From Candidatus Delongbacteria bacterium (GTDB lineage: Bacteria; CAIWAD01): DNA of 64,000 bases. Shown here piece by piece: positions 32,797 through 41,674 of the stretch (positions within the stretch are counted from its first letter, which is position 1; the number at the start of each line of letters is the position of its first letter). Below the pieces are notes generated by a model that worked only from the letters and a program-made list of their open reading frames with translations, searched no databases and was not told the origin of the DNA. Position numbers and translations under genes: made by a program. The stretch spans positions 2,112,001 through 2,176,000 of the forward strand of contig OY760505.1 of NCBI GenBank assembly GCA_963663545.1. The letters are read 5' to 3'.

Positions 32797-33488
32797 TTGA
32801 GTGTGAGGTCCCGTACAAGTAGAAGGCCGCGCTGTGATACACGCAATTGAACCTTGTGTGCCAATGCACGATTAGAGACGCCGTGGCAGCCTGCGCCAAT
32901 TGTGATTCCCTGCCCGGACCAAGCCAATCCGCTTAGATCACAGGAAACAGGGCGTCCACTGCAGTTAACCAGCGAAATACGTTCCCCCGGGTGAGTAGCA
33001 ATGCTGCATTCACCAGCATCCAGGGATTGAGCTAGCTGATTGCGGCCGCAAAGAATAATGTTGCGGGACTGAGGCAAAGCGAGCATGCTGTAGAGCCCCA
33101 TTGTCATATCAAGACGGGACCCCTCGAAGCCAGCAATCCAAACAGGGTCAACACGCAGTTCGCGAGCCAGCGTGATACATTTCTCCAAATCGTTGTGCTC
33201 CTGGTCCACAACGCGATGAACCTGACAACCCCTTTCTTCGAGATCCACGACAAGTGCTTCAGGAGTGCTGTCCAGGTCACCAACCAGGTAGTCGATGCGG
33301 ATTCCCTGATGATGCAAATGGACGGCTGCGCCATCAGCAGCCATGATACGCAATCGGCCGGCTGACGCGGCGGCGGGATGAGGGCTGACCAGCAAGTGTT
33401 GTGGGAGTCTGCCCCCAGCGTGCAGATGTTGCAGCAGTTGCCTGGGCGGATCACCGTTCAACACCAGCAGCAGGGCTTCGTGTTCCAT
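32793..33488 (-). CDS. thiN: Thiamine pyrophosphokinase
   Basis: AADGAA, LVGDLDS, DQEHNDLEK, GSRLD, GVSN; start estimated at ATG 33488. Confidence 0.85.
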   Translation of the reverse strand: MEHEALLLVLNGDPPRQLLQHLHAGGRLPQHLLVSPHPAAASAGRLRIMAADGAAVHLHHQGIRIDYLVGDLDSTPEALVVDLEERGCQVHRVVDQEHNDLEKCITLARELRVDPVWIAGFEGSRLDMTMGLYSMLALPQSRNIILCGRNQLAQSLDAGECSIATHPGERISLVNCSGRPVSCDLSGLAWSGQGITIGAGCHGVSNRALAHKVQLRVSQRGLLLVRDLTLK

Positions 33489-33552
33489 TGTTGCAAGTTC
33501 TGGCAGGCCTTGGTAAGATGCAAATCGGTCCCTCCAAGCGAAAGGACACAAG

Positions 33553-34485
33553 GTGTCACGGCGATTAAGACTTGCTTCGATTTGCATGCTGCTGTTGTGC
33601 TCCAGTCCGCTATGGGCGCAGACGGGGTTTCAATTCCTGTTGAGCGAAATCGACGCTCGTACGGCAGCGCGTGGCGAAAGCTGTGTGGCTGATGTTTACG
33701 GCGCAGAGGGCGTGATACGAAATCCTGCCGCGCCGATGAGCGGCGAGGAGCGTGAGGTCGGTCTGTTATGGCTGGATCACATCGACGACGTCCGCTTCCT
33801 GAGTCTGGTGGGCTGTCTGCCCGGACCCTATGGATTCCGATTCGTTGGTGGCCTGCAGAGCCAATCCTACGGTGACATTGCCGGTTACGACGAACAGCAA
33901 CAGCCGACCGGAGAGATCGACACGGGCGACAACGCGCTCTTTCTGGGCAGCGCTTATCGGTTCGAACTGGACGGGGCGAGTACACTGGATTTTGGTGTCT
34001 GTGTGCGCTACGCTTGGTCGACGCTTGATGATACGGATGCATCAGCCTTGATGGCGGATTTCGGCACGCTGTGGCGACATCCCTCCGGCCTTTCGCTTGG
34101 GTGTCGGCTGGCCAATCTGGGCAATGTCCTGGATGATTACGAATCCGTCGATCCCGAACTGCCGCGTGTTGTGGAGATAGGTATCGCAAAGCGACTGGCG
34201 CATCTTCCTTTCACCTGGAGTGCGGCACGAGAGCACGTTCATGGAAGCGGATTCTGGTACAAGCTGGGCGGTGAGTTTGTTGTTGCCAAACGCTGGCATC
34301 TGGGTGCTGGCTACCACTTCGGGCGCAGCGAAGACCGTGTCAGCGACTTCGACGGTGATACAACGCGCGGACTATCGCTGGGTGTTGGGGGAAGACTTCC
34401 CTACGGTTTCGACTTCCACTGGGCTTGGACTTCCTGGGGTGAAGTGGGAACGCTGAATCGCTTCACCTTGTCACGCGCATTCTGA
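33553..34485 (+). CDS. PorV/PorQ-family outer membrane protein
   Basis: FQFLLSEIDARTAARG...NPAA N-terminal motif; barrel strands; terminal Phe. Confidence 0.75.
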   Translation: MSRRLRLASICMLLLCSSPLWAQTGFQFLLSEIDARTAARGESCVADVYGAEGVIRNPAAPMSGEEREVGLLWLDHIDDVRFLSLVGCLPGPYGFRFVGGLQSQSYGDIAGYDEQQQPTGEIDTGDNALFLGSAYRFELDGASTLDFGVCVRYAWSTLDDTDASALMADFGTLWRHPSGLSLGCRLANLGNVLDDYESVDPELPRVVEIGIAKRLAHLPFTWSAAREHVHGSGFWYKLGGEFVVAKRWHLGAGYHFGRSEDRVSDFDGDTTRGLSLGVGGRLPYGFDFHWAWTSWGEVGTLNRFTLSRAF

Positions 34486-34495
34486 TGGTACTGAG

Positions 34496-35065
34496 ATGAA
34501 AAAACATGACCACGACGCTGAGGATGCCGCCAAGCGCATGGCCGCCTCCATGTGGTACGAACGATTTGAGAAGCCGAGACAGAACCGCATGACACCCCGT
34601 ACTCAGCGCTTGGTTCGAGCCTCGCTGCTACTGTCTGCGGTGCTGATGGTTGTGCTCGGTGTAACCCTGCGTGGTCGCAAGATGGACCAGGTCACTGGAA
34701 TCACCGAATCCGGCGAGAGTAGCGCGTTGCTGACTCGCGAGCTTGCGCTGGGACCGGAGGATGCGCGGTTGTTCTGGCCGATTTTGCAGGCCTATCAGGA
34801 TGAGGCGCGCCAGTTGATGATTGATCGCAAGCGTCTCTTGCTGCGACTGGATAAAGTGAGCGATGAGCGAAATGAGCGCAACGGGAACTTGAGCCTGATC
34901 AGCGAAGAGCTACAACAGCAGGAGGAGACGGTGCTTGCGAAGCGTCTGCAAATGCTGCAGACTGTTTCAATGGATCTGGGACTGTGGCGATCTGCGCGCC
35001 TGCTTGTGATACAAGGACAATGGGACCCTTGGGATCCCGGGCTGTTGACGCGCCCCGTGGAATAG
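34496..35065 (+). CDS. Membrane-anchored helical protein (Spy/CpxP-like, ECF-sensor-like)
   Basis: One TM helix, then ELALGPEDARLFWPILQAY and a coiled coil. Confidence 0.5.
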   Translation: MKKHDHDAEDAAKRMAASMWYERFEKPRQNRMTPRTQRLVRASLLLSAVLMVVLGVTLRGRKMDQVTGITESGESSALLTRELALGPEDARLFWPILQAYQDEARQLMIDRKRLLLRLDKVSDERNERNGNLSLISEELQQQEETVLAKRLQMLQTVSMDLGLWRSARLLVIQGQWDPWDPGLLTRPVE

Positions 35066-35069
35066 GCAT

Positions 35070-35100
35070 AAAAAAACCCGCGTTTTCGCGGGTTTGTTGT
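35070..35100. terminator. Bidirectional intrinsic terminator
   Basis: AAAAAAACCCGCG-TTTT-CGCGGGTTTG between convergent genes. Confidence 0.75.
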
Positions 35101-35113
35101 TTCTTCATCAGCG

Positions 35114-35554
35114 TCAGCGGAACATCGCTTTGATTCCGCCCCAGGTCACGCGCACCGCATTCATGGTCAGTGAAACCTGCACGGGGTCTTCGGAGGCCGG
35201 CACACGCTCTCCGGTGGGAAGCACGTAATACAGCATGTACCAATACTCCTGCTCGACATCGATACGATTGCCACGATTGATGGCATCCAGGCCTGGATGA
35301 TCATAGTAATCGTAGATCGACGACAGATCGCAGGAGATGCGATCGCCAATAGGCTGGTACCAGGACTCGTCCGTACTGCGTTCCAGCTCGAAGCCCACGA
35401 TGCCCGATTCGCTAGACACCGACCAGACGAGATGGACGGTGTTATCCGGCATTACACTGGCGGTAAACTGCAGCAGCTCGGCTGCTTGTGCCAAGGTGCC
35501 TGCCAGCAGTAGCATAATTATGTAGCGAATCGAAGTAAGCACAGTGTTTTCCAC
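35114..35554 (-). CDS. Small secreted protein ending in TWGGIKAMFR
   Basis: Signal peptide, AELLQFTA...VHLVW...GFELERS beta-sandwich, TWGxIK tail; start uncertain. Confidence 0.65.
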   Translation of the reverse strand: MENTVLTSIRYIIMLLLAGTLAQAAELLQFTASVMPDNTVHLVWSVSSESGIVGFELERSTDESWYQPIGDRISCDLSSIYDYYDHPGLDAINRGNRIDVEQEYWYMLYYVLPTGERVPASEDPVQVSLTMNAVRVTWGGIKAMFR

Positions 35555-35735
35555 ATGAATCCTATCGGCGTTGAGTCTAGCGAAAGGAGGCGATCCGGGC
35601 AAGTGTCTCATTGCCTTGGGAGAATTCTTCTGTTACGCAGTATCGGAATCCTGTTGCCCAACATTCTGCGCAGACCCAGGAACATCGACATCAACGCCGG
35701 GGTAGGCGAGCTTCCCGATTCTGTCCCGCCAAGCC

Positions 35736-36602
35736 CTAGGGCGTCGCAGCGGCCTGCCCAGCCTGTTGCAGGTAGTGGTCCCGGCGTTGCGGATCCGAGG
35801 TGTCCAAACGAAGCAGTCGCAGGATGCTTTCCTCATCACGAGCTTTCACCAGTATCTCGCAGATGATGCGGTAGTTGGCATCCCAGAACGTGCTGAGTTT
35901 GGTCTGGTCATCGATTTCCGTGGCCAGGTCCAACGCTGTCAGCGTTGTTGTCCAGGCTTCGTAGTCATTGTCCATCACCTGCCGGAACCAGATCGCCGTA
36001 TGCATTACCCAGCGCAAGGTGCGATAAGGGCGGTTTTCCTGCGCCAAGGTGACCTGATCCAGCTTGCGGTACCGATCCGACCAACCGTCGCGGTAGGTGC
36101 TGAATTGTGCCAGTTCAAGTACGCGGCGCACCTTTTCGTACATCGCGTCACCGGCGAACTCGCCGAGCTTGTCGTATTCGCTCGCAATGACCATTAGGAC
36201 GCAGTAGTCGACCATACCCAGAAAACTGTCGAACTGGTTTTCCTGGTGACGGAATGCGCCAATGGCATCCACGGTGAATTTCCAGTCGGACTCGTCGATG
36301 CGCAGATCGCCGCCATTGCTACAAGCAACCTTGGCCTGATAGACCGTGTTGGCGCCCTCTTCTGAAACATTCGTCAACTGAATGGCCAGCGGCACCGTGA
36401 GGCCAAGAGTCTGCTCGTCCTCGTCCCAGTCGTAGTCGCTGATATAGGCGGCCAGACGTTCTTCGAGATTGAGGAGTGGTCCCCGCTTGTCCTGCGGAAG
36501 CTGTGCCAACTCGATGGAGATCTCGGGTTGAATGGTTAGCGCCTGCACCAGGGATACCCATCCCAGTACGAGAAACAGCGGGCGCAGGAAGAAGGACGTC
36601 AT
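35736..36602 (-). CDS. DUF4835 family protein (PorD-like T9SS component)
   Basis: Signal peptide; LEERLAAYISDYDW, DESDWKF, FDSFLGMVDY...IASEYDKLGEFAG resemble DUF4835. Confidence 0.65.
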   Translation of the reverse strand: MTSFFLRPLFLVLGWVSLVQALTIQPEISIELAQLPQDKRGPLLNLEERLAAYISDYDWDEDEQTLGLTVPLAIQLTNVSEEGANTVYQAKVACSNGGDLRIDESDWKFTVDAIGAFRHQENQFDSFLGMVDYCVLMVIASEYDKLGEFAGDAMYEKVRRVLELAQFSTYRDGWSDRYRKLDQVTLAQENRPYRTLRWVMHTAIWFRQVMDNDYEAWTTTLTALDLATEIDDQTKLSTFWDANYRIICEILVKARDEESILRLLRLDTSDPQRRDHYLQQAGQAAATP

Positions 36603-36702
36603 GCTACCTCTCTTGGATCGTTGGAGCAAAGAAGACCACGTTGCTGCCACGTCAGACAGACTCTCTGGGCCTAAAGTAGAGCATCGCACAGCCAATTCAA
36701 AG

Positions 36703-37524
36703 GTGGTGTTGCCCCTCCTCGGTCTCGTGATACTGCTCCTTTTCGCTGGATCGTCGTTCGCCGTGTTTGAGGATGGCGGTGACTTTTGGACACGGACCGC
36801 CCTCCCCGATAGCCTTGGCGTAAGTGCACTAGCCCTGTGTGGTGATGCGCTACGCATTACTCCTGGCGTGGGAGTGGGCTGGCAGCGGACGGCTTCGTTG
36901 GCGGAAATGGACCAGCATCAGGCGGCCGTTGCTCTGAGGCTTCGCAAGGTTGTGTTGGCGGGAAGCGTGAGCAGCTTTGGTTGGGAAAGCTGGCGAGAAC
37001 AGTCGCTCTGGCTGGCCCTTGCCGGCGTTCTCCGCAAGGCACGAGCGGCCCCCATTTACTGGCGACTGTCGTGCGCCTTGGAGCAGGTCTGTACCAACAG
37101 CTTGTCCAAATCAAGGGCGCTACACTCCGCGCTTGGTGGCGGAACTCCGCTCTACGGCTTCTGGACGCAGCTTACCCTGCATGCACGGTTTGCGCCTGAA
37201 ACACTAAGCGGAGCATCGCTTGAACACTGGCCAGAGAAAGGGGGCTGGCGACTTGCCGTGTCACGTGATATAGGCGAATGGTTGCGTGTAGCTTATGCGC
37301 GCGGCGGTGGCTTGGTGAATGAAAGTGAGCCCACGCTGTCTGTTAGCGCAGTGTATCACGATGTCGGTTTAGCGGTTGCATGGCTGGAGGATGCGAAGAA
37401 GCGATTGGCTATGCGTGTACGCCAACCATGGATCGAAGTGGTTGTTGCCGTAGACTTGCACCCCGTTTTGCCACCAAACATAGGGCTGCAGTGCGCACTC
37501 TCGTTTAGGGGAGGCACACGATGA
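36703..37524 (+). CDS. Hypothetical exported/outer-membrane protein
   Basis: Signal peptide after GTG 36703; C-terminal DLHPVLP; ATGA overlap with the next gene. Confidence 0.45.
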   Translation: MVLPLLGLVILLLFAGSSFAVFEDGGDFWTRTALPDSLGVSALALCGDALRITPGVGVGWQRTASLAEMDQHQAAVALRLRKVVLAGSVSSFGWESWREQSLWLALAGVLRKARAAPIYWRLSCALEQVCTNSLSKSRALHSALGGGTPLYGFWTQLTLHARFAPETLSGASLEHWPEKGGWRLAVSRDIGEWLRVAYARGGGLVNESEPTLSVSAVYHDVGLAVAWLEDAKKRLAMRVRQPWIEVVVAVDLHPVLPPNIGLQCALSFRGGTR

Positions 37525-38969
37525 TTGTGATACAATTGCTCTTGGTGTTGCTCTTTGTAACACAAGCAAAATCCGTGATGAATGGAGATGTGCGTCAGGA
37601 ATGGTTGGATCATGCTAGCTGGAAAAACCGTCTGATGCTGGAAGTCGGCAAGGACCGCTTTGCTTGGCGTGTTGTCTCAACGCGTGCGCGCGGGGAATGC
37701 GGGGTGATGCCGCATGCCGCGCTGGCTTGTGCCTACCGGCGTGATCCGTGGAGCTTGTATATCGGTCGCCTGACGTTGCGTGATCGCATCGGTATCCTCG
37801 CCGGATGCGCTTCAGGTATGGGGTCGTTACCTGCCCCTCTTGGGGATCTCGTAAGAGTTGGATTCGGGAGCGCGAGTGCATGGCAGCCGGAAACTGATGG
37901 TCTTGTGATACAAAGGAGTCAGGGACAGTTTCGCGGAGGTCTTGCCGCTGCATGGACAGCGCGTGACCGAAGCGCGGCTGGAGACGGCTTTGTACTGGGC
38001 ATGGCTCACGACGCGGAACACGAGGAACGTCGCGCAAAGTGGCAGGAGCGTACGCTACTTGGCTGGCTGGAGTTACCTGAAGCCGGGAGCCTGAAACCGC
38101 AGGCTGCGATTGGCTTTCGTCGAGATCCTGGTGGGTGTCGTCTGTTGTATGAAGCTACTCTGCAGCATCGCACACGACGCACACGGCTTGAATTGGGACA
38201 CGGAAGCGGAGAACACCGTCTGAGTTGGTGTCACGGCGATTGGCGACCAAACCGCATTCTGCAACTGCGCTTGGCAATCTGGGGTGGTCGACGTGGTTCA
38301 TCAAGAGCGGCTTCTTCCGCGTTCAGCTTGCCGGAAGAGGGCGTTGGAAGAGGCCTGCGTTGCGGAATGTCGCTTCGTGTGTCACACTTGCAAATTGAGT
38401 GTTACGAACAGGATCTGCGGGGAAGCGCATATGAGGAGGGCTATCGCTGCAAACGCTCTCTAAGTGTGCGCTTGCTTCCAGGTGGTCGAAGTCGTGATCC
38501 GCTACAACTCAGTGGTTCCCTCTGGTCGCGGCAGGATGTAAGCGGAGGAAGCCTGCGTGCCGTGTTTCAAATAGACGCTCAACGCAGATTGAAAGCGGGT
38601 CTTCATTGGGCTGGTGTATCACGGGAGGCGACGCGAGGATTCAGTCTGCAGTGGGATCAGACGCTTCCCTTGTTCGACTCGATGGAGCTGCGGCTGTATT
38701 ACGTGCGCCGCGATGCGGGTGAATACACGCTGTATCAAAGTGTAACCCCATGGCAGGGCGCCCTCAGACTGGAAAGCGGGCGCAGCGGTCTGGACCGCGG
38801 CGGAGTTGCCCTTTGCTGCAAGGTCCAGGGTGTGATGCAGTATTCTTTAACGCTGCAGAGCGAGTGGCGAAGCACGGAGAGCTGCGACGAGCTAGGCGTG
38901 ATTCAGCGCAGCGGCGGGTTTCGTGGATGCCTGTGCCTTGGTGTATCACAACGAAAACCGGCCCGCTAG
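37521..38969 (+). CDS. Hypothetical outer-membrane protein, remotely like the barrel part of Bacteroidota helix-hairpin-helix (ComEA-like) proteins
   Basis: Signal peptide, GGAGG RBS, 482-aa ORF; remote motif resemblance only. Confidence 0.4.
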   Translation: MIVIQLLLVLLFVTQAKSVMNGDVRQEWLDHASWKNRLMLEVGKDRFAWRVVSTRARGECGVMPHAALACAYRRDPWSLYIGRLTLRDRIGILAGCASGMGSLPAPLGDLVRVGFGSASAWQPETDGLVIQRSQGQFRGGLAAAWTARDRSAAGDGFVLGMAHDAEHEERRAKWQERTLLGWLELPEAGSLKPQAAIGFRRDPGGCRLLYEATLQHRTRRTRLELGHGSGEHRLSWCHGDWRPNRILQLRLAIWGGRRGSSRAASSAFSLPEEGVGRGLRCGMSLRVSHLQIECYEQDLRGSAYEEGYRCKRSLSVRLLPGGRSRDPLQLSGSLWSRQDVSGGSLRAVFQIDAQRRLKAGLHWAGVSREATRGFSLQWDQTLPLFDSMELRLYYVRRDAGEYTLYQSVTPWQGALRLESGRSGLDRGGVALCCKVQGVMQYSLTLQSEWRSTESCDELGVIQRSGGFRGCLCLGVSQRKPAR

Positions 38970-38978
38970 GGGCCGGTT
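38956..38978. terminator. Hairpin between convergent genes
   Basis: AACCGGCCC-GCTAG-GGGCCGGTT. Confidence 0.6.
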
Positions 38979-39004
38979 GCTGCAGGCTAGGTTGTTGTTG
39001 CAGA

Positions 39005-39862
39005 TTACTGACCGATCAGTCCGGCCACCATGCTGGGCAGGCTGTTTGCCTGGGCTTGCATAGAGATACCGGTTTGCATCAGAATCTGCGCACGCGTGAA
39101 TGCCGACATCTCGTTGGCCACATCCGCGTCGCGAATGGTGGATTCGGATGTCACGGCGTTTTCCCGCGAGATCTGCAGGTTCGCAATCGTTCCCTGCAAG
39201 CGGCTGACGTAGGAGCCGATGCGCGTGCGCTCGGTGTCCTTGGTGTCGATCACCGCGTCCAGAAGGTCGATGGCCGCCTGCGCACTGGCCGTTGTTGTCA
39301 AATCAATGTCGGTCAGGCCAAGGCCTTCGGCCGTCATGTCTGCCAGGTTCACGTAATAGTAGTCCTGATTGGCTTCGTTGTAGGAACCAATGTGGAACTT
39401 GATTCCCTGACCGCCTTCGCCACCGGCGCCTTCAGAATAGGTGCCGTCGATCAGGCTCAGGCCGTTGTAGTTTGTCACCTCTGCAATGCGGGTGATTTCG
39501 CTCTTCAGCTGCTGGAATTCCACATCCAGATAGCCGCGATCCAGGTTCGTGAGGGTTCCATTGGATGCCTCAACCGCCAGCGCCCTCATGCGAATCAACT
39601 TCTCATCGATCACCGACAGGGCGCCTTCCGCTGTGGCCAGCATGTTGATGGCGTAGTTCGCGTTGCGCTCTGCCTCGGTGAGGCTTTCAATCTGGGCACG
39701 CAGCTTCTCTGACACCGACAGACCAGCAGGGTCGTCCCAGGCGTAGTTGATTCGCAAGCCCGAGGACAGGCGAGTCACGGCCCGATTCAAATCCTGGCTG
39801 GTATTGCTCAGGTGCCGGTGAACGCCGATGGCCAGCGAGTTTTGATTAATCCTCAGACTCAT
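39005..39862 (-). CDS. fliC: Flagellin
   Basis: MSLRINQN, RLSSGLRIN..DDPAGL, ESTIRDADVANEM, QAQANSLP. Confidence 0.95.
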   Translation of the reverse strand: MSLRINQNSLAIGVHRHLSNTSQDLNRAVTRLSSGLRINYAWDDPAGLSVSEKLRAQIESLTEAERNANYAINMLATAEGALSVIDEKLIRMRALAVEASNGTLTNLDRGYLDVEFQQLKSEITRIAEVTNYNGLSLIDGTYSEGAGGEGGQGIKFHIGSYNEANQDYYYVNLADMTAEGLGLTDIDLTTTASAQAAIDLLDAVIDTKDTERTRIGSYVSRLQGTIANLQISRENAVTSESTIRDADVANEMSAFTRAQILMQTGISMQAQANSLPSMVAGLIGQ

Positions 39863-39998
39863 CCGTCATTCCTCCAAAAGGATTCGACCATTCCAAATCC
39901 GTCGATGCTCTTGTGCATTCCACCACGATCATATTCACCCTGCCTTGCGGTCCGCCTCTCCCTGACGGTGTATCACCACTCGGCGCGGGCTGACACTC

Positions 39999-40025
39999 TC
40001 TTCGGATGCTCTGGAAAAAGCTTGA
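39999..40025 (-). promoter_or_regulatory. sigma28 (FliA)-like promoter of flagellin
   Basis: Minus strand TCAA-N15-TCCGAAGA versus consensus TAAA-N15-GCCGATAA. Confidence 0.55.
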
Positions 40026-40117
40026 ATGTTTATGCCGAGAAAAAACAAGCACAGAGAGTCGATACAGGGCGCGACACGACGCAAACTGGCTTCAGTACTG
40101 GACTAAGCGGTGAGAGG

Positions 40118-41674
40118 CTATTCAGGAAGACCGTAAAAACGATCTGAGTCCTGGCGCTGTAGTTGGGGCATAAGGGGCGGTCGTTCGCCAGGCCTGGGGC
40201 GCTGACAGATGGATTCGAAGAGTTGCAGGTACTCAACGGCGGCGTGTTTCCACGAGAAATCACGACTCATGCCGTTGCGCTGGATGCGCTTCCAGGTCTG
40301 CGGCTTGCGCATCGCGGCCAGTGCTACATCAATGGCTTCCAGCAGTTCTTCCGGCTGATACTCGTCAAAGGCGAAACCCGTCGCTTCGTCCGCGGAGTCG
40401 CGGAAGGCGAGCACTGTATCACGTAGGCCACCGGTGTGATGCACAATGGGCGGCGTCCCGTAGAGCATGGCGTACATTTGACTGAGGCCGCAGGGTTCGT
40501 AATGGCTGGGCATCAAAAAGATGTCGCTGCCCGCAAACATCAGGTGCGCCAGCTCTTCATTATAGCCGATCTGCAGGCCCATGCAGGAGGAATGCCGCCG
40601 CGCCACATCACGCAGGAAGGCCTCGTGATGCGGATCGCCACTGCCCAGGATAACCAGCTTGACACGTCGCGATAAGATGCGATCGATACAACCGGCGATC
40701 AGATCCAGGCCTTTCTGTTCCGTGAGACGACTGACCATGCCCAGAATGGGGCTGCCATCATCCTGAAGCCCGAAGGCTTCCAGTAGCGGGGCGCGGTTGT
40801 CCGCCTTCTGCTGCATGCGTCCTATGCTGTAATTCGCAGGAATCAGTTTGTCGCGCGAAGGATTCCAGGCCGTGGTATCGATGCCGTTGAGGATGCCGGT
40901 CAGGCGCTCCTCGTATTGGCGTAATACGCCATCCAGCCCGTGCCCCAGTTCCGGCGTGCGAATCTCTTCTGAGTAGGTGGGTGAGACCGTGACAATCTCG
41001 TCCGCAAAGGAGATCCCCGCCTTGAGGCAATTCAAGTGTCCGAAGTATTCGAAGGGGCTCATGCTGAACATGAGCTCCTGGGGCATTTGCAGCTTCGTGA
41101 TGCTCGATGCAGGAAAAATGCCCTGGTAGCCCAGATTGTGAATACCAATCAGCGTGCGCACACCGGCGAGCTCCTGATCGTTGCTGTAGCGGATGCGCAG
41201 CAGCGCGGGCAGCATGGCTGTATGCCAGTCATTGCAGAAAAGGATGTCGGGAATGGCCCCCGTCTGCCGCAGCAGCTCCATCACCGCCGACTGAAAGAAG
41301 AACCAGCGCTCGTCGTCGTCCGCATAGGGGCGCCCACTGTGCGGGTCGACGTAGATGCCTTCTCGCTCGAAGTAGTACTGGTTCTCGATGAACAACGCAC
41401 GGCAGGATTCACCCGGGTAGTCCGCTTCGAAAATGCGGGTGGGAAAGTCGTTGCCCAGGTAATTCACGTGAATGGTGGTCAGCAGGCGCATGCCAGCGGC
41501 TTCGCGATCGATACGACCATAGAGGGGAAGCACGCTGACGATTTCAGTTCCCAAGGCGTGCAGAGCGGGAGGCAGCGAGCCCGCCACATCACCAAGCCCC
41601 CCGGTTTTGATCCAGGGCAGCGATTCGGCGGAAACGAAAACTACTCGTCTTCTGCTGTTGGGAAGTCGCGTCAT
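40118..41674 (-). CDS. glgA: Glycogen synthase
   Basis: KTGGLGDV, NDWHT, IHNLGYQG, SRLTEQKG, EPCGLSQMYAM; start at ATG 41674 overlapping the galT stop. Confidence 0.95.
   Translation of the reverse strand: MTRLPNSRRRVVFVSAESLPWIKTGGLGDVAGSLPPALHALGTEIVSVLPLYGRIDREAAGMRLLTTIHVNYLGNDFPTRIFEADYPGESCRALFIENQYYFEREGIYVDPHSGRPYADDDERWFFFQSAVMELLRQTGAIPDILFCNDWHTAMLPALLRIRYSNDQELAGVRTLIGIHNLGYQGIFPASSITKLQMPQELMFSMSPFEYFGHLNCLKAGISFADEIVTVSPTYSEEIRTPELGHGLDGVLRQYEERLTGILNGIDTTAWNPSRDKLIPANYSIGRMQQKADNRAPLLEAFGLQDDGSPILGMVSRLTEQKGLDLIAGCIDRILSRRVKLVILGSGDPHHEAFLRDVARRHSSCMGLQIGYNEELAHLMFAGSDIFLMPSHYEPCGLSQMYAMLYGTPPIVHHTGGLRDTVLAFRDSADEATGFAFDEYQPEELLEAIDVALAAMRKPQTWKRIQRNGMSRDFSWKHAAVEYLQLFESICQRPRPGERPPLMPQLQRQDSDRFYGLPE

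Noticed and set aside
33489..33552. TPP riboswitch upstream of thiN
   Set aside because: The gap is too short and lacks the CTGAGA...ACCTG core.
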